NCBI GenBank assembly: GCA_951406725.2 | Contig: OX597825.1 | Location: forward strand, 52,576,001-52,640,000 | Reading direction: 5' to 3' | DNA length: 64,000 nucleotides | From: Octopus vulgaris | Lineage: Eukaryota | In this document: positions 53,000 through 64,000 of the stretch, in pieces | Layout: the number at the start of each line of letters is the position of its first letter | Numbering within the stretch: position 1 is the first letter of the stretch | Made by a program: the position numbers and the translations under genes | Notes under the pieces: model-generated | Databases searched by the model: none | What the model was told of the DNA's origin: nothing | What the model saw: only the letters and a program-made list of their open reading frames with translations

Positions 53000-53232
53000 A
53001 TTGGTGATGGTGGTGGTGGTGGTAACCATAGTGTCAGTGGTGGAGATCTAACTACTTTATTAAGTGGTTTTTCTTCATTACCCCACACCACTCCCACCCT
53101 CACCGGTTAAGTAGGTTCAAATGGGTTATTAAGTAAATAGAGGGGAGGAGGGATTTATGACATATGTCCCCCCTCCTCGCCATTTTAATAATGGTTTATT
53201 ACTCAAATACATTACACTCCATCTTATATACA

Positions 53233-53272
<40 letters not shown>

Positions 53273-54649
53273 CATCTCCGTTAATACTTTGGATATAGAC
53301 ACAAACAAAATACATGTATTAACACACCTGTATAAACATACATGTATATAATCATGTAAACAAACACACATATTATCGTCAACATTATTATCATCACCAC
53401 CATCACAACCCCTCACTCTCTCTCTCTCACACACACACACATTGAGTTATAGTTTGTTTATCACAAGTGAAACATAAAGCCAAGTTAAAGAACTCAATAC
53501 TTTTAAACAGAGTAGATACAAAATTGTTTGAGTGTATCTCTATGCATACATACATTTGCAAACTTATAAACATATAAATATGTACACACACATATATATT
53601 TACACACACATCAGCACACACAAGCATATTTTTACACACACACTCACATCATAAGTCATCAAATTGTTCAGACATTAAAATAAAGATGTCTGCGATACAT
53701 CAACACGTGTCATAAATCTTGTAAGTTGAACAGCCCCTCCCCTCCACCTACACACACTCTGACTAATTAGTTGACAACTGATATGAAAACATTTGCTGGA
53801 ATTACAGCAAACTTATCCATAACTTTTAATCTATTTCATTTCAAACAGCTTCTCTTAATTGATCTTTTCATGCTTTTCTCTTTGTTCTTCTTTCTTCCTT
53901 TCTCTTTCTATTTCACGGAGAAGACACTGAATTTGCCAAGTCAAAGAATAACGATAATTCCACACATTTCAACAGTAACAAAGGAATTGCTTATTGTTTT
54001 CTCTGACTTAATTATTAGCTAGATTCTTCTCTAATTATACCTATCTCTTTCTATCTTTCACCTTTCTTCTTCTCAATGGATTATGACAAACATCTTCTAT
54101 CTGTATCCCCCAACCCTACGCCAAACCACCCACCAAATCACATTATCTATTAATTGGGTTTTTGGCTGGCAGTCCAATGGTGATCATTGCCGACATGTAT
54201 TAAGTTAGAAATACTGTAATATTGGCACCGTCTGTTGCTACAATCCTCTTGAGCCAATTTATTGTAGACTGTTACGAGGTATTAGAAAGATATACGAGCA
54301 ATTCATCCTTTAGAAATGGTATTCTTAACCGAAATGATGAGATTTGTAATGAAATCAGCTATAAAGCCAAACAAATGTGTTTGGAATAGCATCAGGATAC
54401 AAAGCCCATTTGCTCAGTGTATTCCAAATTTCAGGAAAGAGCCAATATCTTTTGTTCAACAACTTCCATAGATTAACTTCAATAATTCTTGTAATTATTC
54501 CATCTACTACAACATACCTCTCTCATTCCATACCCTCTTACAAGTAAGTATTAGTGACAAATATAAACTGGATGCATGGTGACAGTCACTTGTAGTCAAG
54601 GAGGATAGCTCAGGATGTAGCTAATGTAGAATAGATTAGATTGCAGTTT

Positions 54650-54664
54650 ATAGATATATTATAA

Positions 54665-54717
<53 letters not shown>

Positions 54718-54739
54718 TTTATAATATATTATATATACA

Positions 54740-54792
<53 letters not shown>

Positions 54793-54846
54793 TTTATAAT
54801 ATATTATATATACATCTACATATATATATATATATATATATATATG
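54650..54846. repeat. (TA)n tract with a duplicated higher-order unit
   Basis: AAAATATATTTATAATATATTATATATACATCTA occurs twice within the TA runs. Confidence 0.85.
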
Positions 54847-55199
54847 CCACATACATTGTTACTAATTACATTCAACACAACCTTCCAATATTGAACATAA
54901 TTAGAGGTGCATATATTCACACATAGATACACACACATACACGTCTATATGTGTGTGTGTGCACACATACGCATATGTGTGTGTTTTTGTGAGCAATATT
55001 ATATTTCCTACCATCCAAGAATAAGTAAAGAAATATAGCTATTCTTGTGCTTAATCCTCCTCAATCAATAATCTTTTTTTAAATTAACAACTCTCTTACT
55101 CATTCAGAGCATGAAGGAGGAAGTTATGAACAAATACACACAAATACGCATGCATAATCTTCATATATGGTTGATGTGGCTGAGCAATGCGCACTAAAA

Positions 55200-56690
55200 T
55201 TACAGTAGAATAAATTCCCTTAAATGATTGACTGACTCACAAGAAGTAGTTGATAAATTCTGTATCTTAAGTAACCTAATTAGCAAATGGGGTGGATTCT
55301 TAGAAGATATAGTAGTTATGGTAAGAACAGACAGGAGAAAATTCAGGAAGCTACTATTTCTACTGACAACAAAAGGTCTCAAAGTGAAAGATAGATTGTG
55401 CTACACATATGAGAGTTGTTATGCTATGTTAGTGGGTCTTGAATTTAGAAGAGTTGCGAAGGAGGGAAAGAAATCTCCAATAAATGTGTAAAGTACATGA
55501 ATAACAGAGTACAAATAAGCTGAAACAAACAGTGGGTATAAAAGCAAACAGGTATTGTGTGCAAGAGAGTCGCTTGTGATGCTATGATTGTATGAAGTGT
55601 CTAGAAGGTCACTGCTGCATAAAGAAGTACTGAGCCTTCCAGGTTAGTAGAACCACAGATGGGGAAAAGTAAGAAAGACAGGGGATGAAGTGGGGAAGGT
55701 TGATCTGATGATGTTGCATCTCGTGGAGTAAAGAACTGCACTAATTGCTGAAGGAGATCCATTTACTTGAACGTAGTGTTTAGTAGCTGCAATATTTATG
55801 TCTTGCCAGGCCTTGCTCCTCATTTTACATTCTTTACCCTCACCTATCTGCCTGTCGCTTCTCCACAATCATTCATAACTGTCAGTCTCATCATCCCAAG
55901 ACAAATGTTGTTGGCACCGTCCTTATCATACTTCTCACTTGCCCTTCAGCAGACCTACATACAGGAGGCTGCATTAAGCCATCATCATCCCCACACTATC
56001 AATATACACTCTAACAGCATCACATTGTGCTGCCAGCGAACACTCTCCTCTGAATCACTTCTACTCTCACCACTCATCTATTCCCACCTTTAATTGTCAC
56101 CCACCACTGACTTTATGCTCCTGACAATCACTCTCTCTCCCCGTCTCTGCATATCCTTGCTTTCTTTTCATCACATTCTTGTTCCTTTCATCCTCCTACC
56201 TATCCTTGTCATCCTGATGTCGTTCTTATTGCTTTTTCCTCAGTTCCCCTCCTTGGTCACCTATGCAAATGTACATCCCCTTATTTACTGAGTACACTCA
56301 ATCCCCACACCTCAAAACTCATTTCTGACCTTTCTGTTATTGTTTCCTCTTCAAAGTTGCTGTCACTGTGTACAGTCACTCCACACAACCACTGTATGCT
56401 GTTCACTCTGTATAGTGGTTTGCTAAAATAAGAAGTGATTGTCTGGGGTTGTGAGGTTCCTCTGGTTCTGTGTCACCAAGGATTATGCAACTTCTCTAGT
56501 GCTGGTGCACCCAGTAAATCCTGTAAAGTGGATGGCATCTATCTGTTGAAGCCAAGCCTAATTACATGTAAAAGCACCTAAACTTTGGAAGCAGTAACTT
56601 CTAGAGGGAGATAGAGAAATGACGAAGACTTCCACCCAAATTTTGCTGGTATGGAACATAGAAATAAAATTCTGGTGATGATGATGATTA
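55200..56690 (+). mobile_element. 5'-truncated RTE LINE: C-terminal coding relic, pyrimidine-rich 3' UTR and (GAT)n tail
   Basis: EVVDKFCILSNLIS..GG...RKFRKLL.LLTTKG..VK.RL; the terminal GATGATGAT lies at ~56680. Confidence 0.7.
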
Positions 56691-56717
56691 TATACATACA
56701 TTACGCATACAATTTAT

Positions 56718-56719
56718 CC

Positions 56720-56775
<56 letters not shown>

Positions 56776-56808
56776 GTCTATCTAACTATCTATCTATCTT
56801 TCTATCTA
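56718..56808. repeat. (TCTA)n tetranucleotide microsatellite
   Basis: Directly visible. Confidence 0.95.
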
Positions 56809-57169
56809 GACAAACAAATAAATAAAAAGCTAGCTAGCTAGCTATACAGACAGATAAATAAGAAAATAATTGTGTAAATGTAATGCACAACTCAGCTGAA
56901 ATAACCATTATACCTTATTGAGAACTCCTAAAAAATATCAAACTATTATTTCATGACGTAATATGTCTTCCAACTGGTTTCATTTTTTTGCAGATATTCA
57001 TAGATAGTAAGTAGTTCAATTTTTAAGCAAACATAAAAAAACATCAAAGGCAAACAGAAACACATTACAGTTTGCAACCCTCATTGCTTAATAACTGTGT
57101 TCTTTAAAACAAGAGTTTTTGTTTATAGTTATTAAAAATCAGACATTTAAGTGTGTCTTATACTCTTAA

Positions 57170-58515
57170 TACAAAAAGACCACATAAAAGCCTTTAATAC
57201 TGTCCCTAGGCCTGCAATGTGGAAGATCCTCCAATGTTTTGGCTGCCCTGATCAGTTCATTTCTAGTACAAGGTGTACAGGATGCTATGACTGGAACCAT
57301 CTTCCATTAAATCCAACCATTTGAAGACGTCCCCATCACTGCAGTATTAAAACAAGGATATGTTTTGCCCCTGATACTCTTCTCTCTGTACTTTGCAGCA
57401 ATGTTTCATGAACTGCCTTCAGACAATCCAGGAGTCAACATTAGGTACTGATATGATGGGGGATGTTTCAATCTTTCCAGGCTGAAGTCATGAAGACTGA
57501 CCAGGAAACAAAAGATCAATGTACTTCAGTGTGCTGATGACAATGCAGCAGTCTGCCACACCAGTGAACGGATTCAACAATCAGGGAATAACTTCACCAA
57601 TGCTTACATTTGGTTTAACCTAAAAATCAACATCAAAACGACAAAATTCCTGGCACAACCTGTTCTAAGTCAGGAAACTCCATACTTCAACGTTACCATC
57701 TCAGAGATGCCACTGGAGTAAGTCAACCACTTTTCATACTGAAGAAGTTTGTTTTTGAACAAGTGCACATTGGAAAAGGACATGGAGAACTGATTAAGAG
57801 CACCTCGCACCACGTTTGGCGAACTTGTGAAAAGGGTCTTTTAGAACAAAGACCTGAACCTCCAAACAAAATTGAGTGTCTTTCAAGCAGATATAATCAC
57901 TCTCCACCACGGTTGGGAAACTTGGATTCTTTACCAAAGTGACATCAAAAAACTAGAATGGTTTCACCAGCAGAAGCACCATTCTATTATGAATATCAAA
58001 TGGAATGACTATGTGACCGATGTCTCCATCCTACAGAGAATGAAAAGTAGCAGCATTGAGGCCACCATCCTGAAACATCGTCTTTGATGGGTGGGCCACG
58101 TAGCAACAATGAAAAAGACCAGCCTGCCTCATCAAATTTTTTATGGTGAACTTTCTGCCAGAAGACTCCATGGTTGTTCCCTCCATCGATACAAGGACCA
58201 GCTGAAGCAAAGCCTAAAACTGACTGGAATCGATCCCTAAGCCTGGGACATTGAAGCTCAGGGCAGGCCTGGTTGGCATCATTCCATCTCCATTGTGACA
58301 GATCATTTTGAAGCTAAACGACAGAGGAAAGAAGAAGAGAAACAAGAAAGAAAATGGAAGTTGCAATGACCAAAGCCTCCACCACGGATCTCTTGTGAAC
58401 TTTGCAATAGATACTTCCATGCAAGAATCGGCCTCTTTAGTCATCAGAGGCATAAATACGGACAGAGGGGAAGAAGCAGTCAAGACACACAAGAAAACAC
58501 TCCCACCGACGACAA
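57170..58515 (+). mobile_element. Degenerate RTE (BovB-like) LINE RT region
   Basis: DHIKAFNTV, LKQGYVL..LFSLYF, FNLSRLK, LQCADD (YADD-like), LKINIKTTK, HGWETW, W.GHV and YGEL...RYKDQLK. Confidence 0.88.
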
Positions 58516-59148
58516 TATTCTTAATAAATTGTTTACTTTAGTGATTTGTAACGCAGAGCATTTATATATGATGCATTCAATGAAGGAAGGGAATATTCAA
58601 CAAAATTTCAAAGATTGTTTTTCTCCTCTTGAAGGTATATTTGAAAGTTCGTCTTTATTTGCGTAATAAAAAAAAAAGTTATTTCCCACTCTTTCAAATT
58701 GAAATTTAAGTTGGGGTGAGGATCAGTAATAAACAAGCATGGGATGGGCACTGAGGATTCCAAGCATTATAGAAACAAATACCTGCATAAACAATCAAAT
58801 CTATATTCTAGTTATAAATTAAAAAGATATAATTAAAATATTCCAATTGTTTTTTCGTTTTAGCATATCAGTACTTATTAGACAATAATAGTTCACTTAA
58901 ATATGTAATCAAATTTGTAAATAATTCATTAACTCACAAAAAATACAAAGCTAAAACATTAATGTCCTAAGGAAAACATCTAGCTTTTGTGGCAAATTAA
59001 TAAAACTTTGAATATTCCTTTCCTTCACAAATGCATCATATCTAGAATACTTTATAATTAGATTCATTTCTGCATATATTGCTACATGTGTATTTAACAG
59101 AATTTGTCTGATATTTTCATAATTGATATGTTGCATGTATACCATTAT

Positions 59149-59322
59149 ATACAAGTAGGTATATATATATTTTATTCAATATATTCCCCTCTCAGATTCA
59201 CACATTTACTGCAGTGGTCCTTCAGTTCTTCTGAGCCCTGTAAAAGAACTAAGAACTTTGAGCCTCCAACCAGTACTTTCATGACACCCTTAAAGCCAGG
59301 AAATTTTCAGCACCCTCTTGTA
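59149..59322. mobile_element. Short non-autonomous mariner-type MITE relic
   Basis: The right end GCCAGGAAATTTTCAGCACCCTCTTGTA resembles the TIR of the mariner at 50515-51636. Confidence 0.5.
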
Positions 59323-59379
59323 TATGTAATGTCCACTTCAAGGAATACTATAATAGTCAACACAATATCAATCTGTTGA

Positions 59380-59635
59380 AAGGCTTTCATAAGAACAATA
59401 TCTGAGATAAAAATTTTACAAACTTTGGAAGACATTTTAGTCATATTTAAAAGCTATTTAGGAGAGCTATCTTGATTGTTGGCCTTTTTAACATTTATAA
59501 TCACGATAAACTTAGGGAGTTTTAAAATCTGTATTATCATCCACCATATCATTAAATTCATAATGGAAGTCAACCAGAAGGAACTACCATTTTAGACATT
59601 TGAATTATGATAACAGGAGGGAAGATAGAAATGGT
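59380..59635 (+). mobile_element. PLE RT relic (short)
   Basis: SYLDC (RY.DD-like) and IKFIMEVNQKELP...LDI, matching the PLE motif IKFT.E....LPFLD. Confidence 0.5.
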
Positions 59636-59714
59636 CACTTAAGGTAGGAATGAAAGATAAAAACAGACATGAAAATAAAAATCTTCTGGTGAAGAAGATT
59701 GGACTGCAAAAGAC

Positions 59715-59955
59715 TTGTGCTAGTGCCACATAAAAAGCACTCATGCTGGTGCTATGTAAAAGTGCTCATGCCCATGCCATGTTAAAATCACCAACCACAC
59801 ACTGTAAAATGGTTGGCATTAAGAAGAGCATGAAGCCATAGAAACCAAGCCAAATCAGACAGGAACCTGGTGCTGCTGCTCCGCTTGCCAGCTCTGGTCA
59901 AAGAATTCAGCCCATGCCAGCATGGAAAGCAGATGTTAAAGGATGATGATGATGT
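59715..59955 (+). mobile_element. RTE-type 3' tail
   Basis: GTGCCACATAAAAAGCAC...GGTTGGCATTAAGAAGAGCAT...CCCATGCCAGCATGGAAAGCAGATGTTAAA followed by (GAT)n. Confidence 0.7.
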
Positions 59956-60249
59956 GTTTTGCAAGCGTTCGTACCATCTTATATGAAGTACAGTCTGAGT
60001 AAAATTACCTGTTACTTTAATGATTTGTTCATCTTAAACTTGAATTCTGATTCATCAGTTAAATCCAAGCAAAACACACAATCTGTAACAGAGATAGAAA
60101 ATTCGTTTAAGGAATGTTGGCCTGAGTAAGTTTAAATTATTCAATGTTCTAGGCTGTCTTTTATTTTTTATGACTTGTTAATTCTCTCAAACCATTTTTT
60201 TTTTCATTTTCTCATTTCCATAGGTAAATTTATAAGTGGTTTTTATAAA

Positions 60250-60655
60250 TATTCTTTTATTCTTTTACTTGTTTTACTCATCTGACTGCGGCCTTGCTGG
60301 AGCACCACCTTGAAGAGTTTTAGTTGAACAAATCGACTATAGGACTTATGCTTTTAAAGCCTAGTACTTATTTTATTGGTCTCTTTTACTGAACCACTAA
60401 GTTACAGGGACATAAAGATACCACCACTGGTTGTCAAGTGGTGATGGGAGGACAAACACAGACACAAAGACACTCACATACATACACACATATACAGCAG
60501 GCTTCTTTCAGTTTCTGTCTACCAAATCCAGGCACAAGGCTTTGGTTGGCCTGAAGCTATAGTAAAAGATACTTGCCCAAGGTGCCGTGCAGTGAGACTG
60601 ACCCCAGAACAATGTGGTAGGGAAGCAAGCTATTTACCACACAGCCACACCTATA
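60250..60655 (-). mobile_element. CORE-like SINE S2
   Basis: Homologous to 37341-37732. Confidence 0.85.
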
Positions 60656-60699
60656 CCAATGGTCAAAAATATTCTAGTATAGCTTGGGTTAAATGAAGA

Positions 60700-61640
60700 G
60701 GCTTATGGCAAATATTTTCCTCTCTTATTTCTACTCTCCTTAGATCTTTAGTATGAGTATGATTTAGCTATCTGTATTCCAATGTTATTATGTTTAAGTG
60801 AAATGCTCTTTGAATAAATATTTTTCAATTCATCTGTGATCACATTTTGTAGGATTCAATACTATTACACAAATTCCTTATGCTAGGTTGAACAGAATGT
60901 TCATTCTTGTATGTTTAGGCTGACTAGAGTTGTGGAGAAAATATTACTTTGAAACTGTGGTTTTATAATATATATTCATTTTTATCTTCCCTCTTGTTTC
61001 ATAATTAAAATGTCTAGAAATATGGCAGTTCCTTCTGGTTGAATTCCATTACATATTTAATGATATGATCTATGTTGTTAAACAGATTTAAATCTCCATA
61101 AGTTAAATTCTGTAAGTTTATTAAAATTATCCTAGCATAGAATGAAACAGCCATCTTGATATCTTTTCCAGCTGCCCTTTAATACGAATATGTGTTTCCA
61201 AATACTTGGAAAGATTCATTACAAAATTTCTTCTTATTGTATACCATTACTAAATAGGAGCTACTTTTGTGCTCATTGCTATTCCTGATATTTGTAGGTG
61301 TTCTTGTTCATCACATTAAGTATTTTTTATACAAATGTAAGCTTATGATTTGTAAAGTTCTTCTCCATTGTGTTGGGTACAAGTGTATAAAATTACATCA
61401 AAAGAAAGAATAGTTGTGCTTTGGTGCACCGTTTTAGGTAAGTGATAAAGCATATCTAGATCATCTGAAATAAAATCTAATATATGTTTTAAGCAATGGC
61501 CTATAAACATATCCAAAACATAACTGGCTTGTGTGCTTCACATGCAGGACAATCTATAATCAATCTCAATTTCAAATAATCTGGAGATGTTACTTCAACA
61601 TATTTGGCCTTAGAATTAAGGGTCACTTATAGCTTAAGTT
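60700..61640 (-). mobile_element. Degenerate Penelope-like reverse transcriptase
   Basis: The minus strand gives LRLIIDCP (~61560), ILSFDV..LYT (~61400), QISGIAMSTKVAP (~61270; Q..G.AMG...AP) and WKRYQDGCF (~61150; W.RYIDD.F). Confidence 0.8.
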
Positions 61641-61954
61641 TGAGTATTTTGAGTTGGCTTTAGGTATTGCTAGTATCTCATCTAATCTTACTCATATAGT
61701 CAAATTCGTTACTGGTCAAGCATATGCTATAAATATACAATAGATCGGTAAATTTCACATCAGTTTTCATGGTTAACAGTTTGTTTTTATTTTGTATTTT
61801 TGCATTTATTTCTAACACTTTAAATACAAGATCTTTAAAATAAACTCTAAGCACATCGTCAGAATTACTTTTATTGAAGTTTTTAATTATAATTTCAATG
61901 CCTTTCTGTTGATAATTTAAATTCTATCTTTGTTTTGAGTAATTCAGTTTTTTT

Positions 61955-62966
61955 CTCTCTTTTATCTTTTACTTGTTTCCTTCAATGGCCTGTGACCATG
62001 CTGGATCACTGTCTTGAAGGGTTTAATTAAACAAATCAACCCCAAGTACTTACTATCTTTAAGCCTGACACATATTCTATTGGTGTCTCTAGCTGAACCA
62101 ATAAGTTAGGAAGACATAAACAAACTGACACAGGTTGTCAAGTGATAGTGGGAACAAAGACAAAACCAAAGTCACACACACACATATGATACGCTTCTTC
62201 AGGTTCAATCTGCCAAACCTCTCTCAAGGGTTGCTTGCTTCACAGCTATTTTAAAAGACACTTGCTCAAAGTACTGCACAGTGGGAATCAACCCACAACC
62301 ATGTAGTTGAAAAGCAAACTTCTTCCCACGCAGTCATGCTTGCTCCTATCTTCAATTATTTCAATAGTACAATTCAGAATGTATTCACAATAAATGTGAA
62401 GTGCTTCCTCATTTCTTTCTTTGGACAAAAATTACTTCCATTTCTAGTGAGACATACTCATCTTCATTACGTTTCAAAAAAGGGGATCCATTAGCTTGTT
62501 GTCAGCTGTTCTGGAAAGTGAGACATTTGTGGAGTAGACGTAAATGACAATCCCTTACACAATCTCTTTCTTTTATCTTTTGTTGTTTACTTGTATCAGC
62601 CATTTGCGATACCACCTTTAATTGAATGAATCAACCCCAGTAATTTCATTTTTAAAACCTTGTTCTTATTCTATCAGTCTCTTTTGCCAAACTGCTAAGT
62701 TACAGAAATATAAACACATCAACACCAGTTGTCAAGCAGTGGTAGGGGACAAACGCAAACATAAAATGCAAACACATATATGCAAACACACACATATACA
62801 TTACAGGCTTCTTTCAGTTTCTGTCAACCAAATTCACTCACAAGGCTTTGGTCAGCCCAAGGCTATAGTAGAAGACACTTGCCTAAGGTGTTGTGTAGTA
62901 GGACTGAACCTGGAACAACGTGGTTGGGAAGCAGGCTCCTTACCACACAGCCATATTTGTGCCTAT
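61955..62966 (-). mobile_element. Two CORE-like SINE S2 copies (61955-62348, 62575-62966)
   Basis: Both are homologous to 37341-37732. Confidence 0.82.
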
Positions 62967-63114
62967 ATTCAGTTTTGATTACTGTTTGACAAATATTGAC
63001 TGTTGATTAATCTTTGACAAATTGATACCTTTCAAATTCTTGCATTTACCATCTTATGTCCTAACTGTGTATAAATTCAATAAAAAAAGATAAATCAATA
63101 AAAGATAGTATGAT

Positions 63115-63328
63115 TGTGTTTTTTCTCAACTGTATGACAACCATTGCTGGTTTGTTTAGGTTGCTCTAGCTTAGTAGTTTTGCAAACAGTAACTAATAAA
63201 ATAAGTACAAAACTTAAAATATGTACTGGTCTCAATTGTACTTCATCTATACTGCTCTGGCATGCTGGAGTGCTCAAACAGTGCTCCAGCATGGTCGCAA
63301 TATAAACACTGAAGTAAGTAAAATAATA
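63115..63328 (+). mobile_element. SINE S2 3' half
   Basis: GACAACCATTGCTGG...AATAAGTAC...GTGCTCCAGCATGGTCGCA...GTAAGTAAAA. Confidence 0.65.
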
Positions 63329-63679
63329 CACACACACACACACAAACATTTATATAAATATATGCGTAACTGTATCTGTGTATGTGTGTCCACATTTGTG
63401 TTTTTCTATCTATCTCTATATATAATTTATTGATGCTTTTTTTTCTGTTTTTTTTTTTTGCCCAGAATACAAGGTTGTCTGAGGCTGTAGGCAAAAACAA
63501 ACGATGAGAAAATGATAGAAAAATAGCAAAATCAATTACACATTACTCTGTGTGTGTACATATATATATTTATGTATACGTAAATACAAATTATATATAT
63601 ATACATACATAAATATATATATATATTGAGATTGATATGCACACACACAAAGAAATAAACACATATGTACACACAGTCA

Positions 63680-63716
<37 letters not shown>

Positions 63717-63882
63717 ATAACAAACAGAGAGACAGATTGAAATATACACTCAAACAAGCCACGTTGAAACCACTTATTTTTAAGTAAGATTTTTATAATA
63801 CAAGTTAACCATACAACAAAATACACACACACACGTGTGTATATATATATATAAACATGCACACACCCATATGTATGTGAGT

Positions 63883-63926
<44 letters not shown>

Positions 63927-64000
63927 GCACATGTTAATACACAAGCTTATTTTGAACCAAAATATTTTTTTAAATATCATATAATCCTTAAAAAAAAAAT

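Noticed and set aside
54150-54560. Unique, slightly CpG-richer block, possibly an exon or DNA transposase relic
   Set aside because: The frames I examined contain stops and no assignable motif.

Overview
This is an AT-rich, CpG-poor, repeat-dominated animal genomic window. The repeat families resemble ones I recall from octopus (coleoid cephalopod) genomes; that assignment is an inference, not a database result. I found no convincing host protein-coding gene, true tRNA/rRNA gene or CRISPR array, and most ORFs in the supplied track are microsatellite artefacts. The window contains: (1) R4/Dong-clade non-LTR retrotransposons (RT + CCHC finger + restriction-like endonuclease), including a young, nearly intact, 5'-truncated copy at 4895-7912; all are on the + strand, mostly in (AAT)n tracts. 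(2) Three clusters of microsatellite-embedded insertions, which also hold a Meta-type tRNA-SINE and an unexplained ~560-bp non-coding element. (3) RTE LINE relics, CORE-like SINEs and mariner relics. (4) Several Penelope-like element (PLE) relics with RT or GIY-YIG sequence. The most interesting structures are three. First, an ~840-bp palindrome (19481-20318) flanked by a 12-bp target-site duplication, whose arms each carry a tRNA-like Pol III head and a minimal hammerhead ribozyme. Second, a hammerhead family with a long covarying stem II in inverted PLE pseudo-LTRs (37.0 and 39.4 kb). Third, a fold-back element (38153-38526) containing an inverted copy of a neighbouring mariner segment. All coordinates and identities were read by eye and are approximate.
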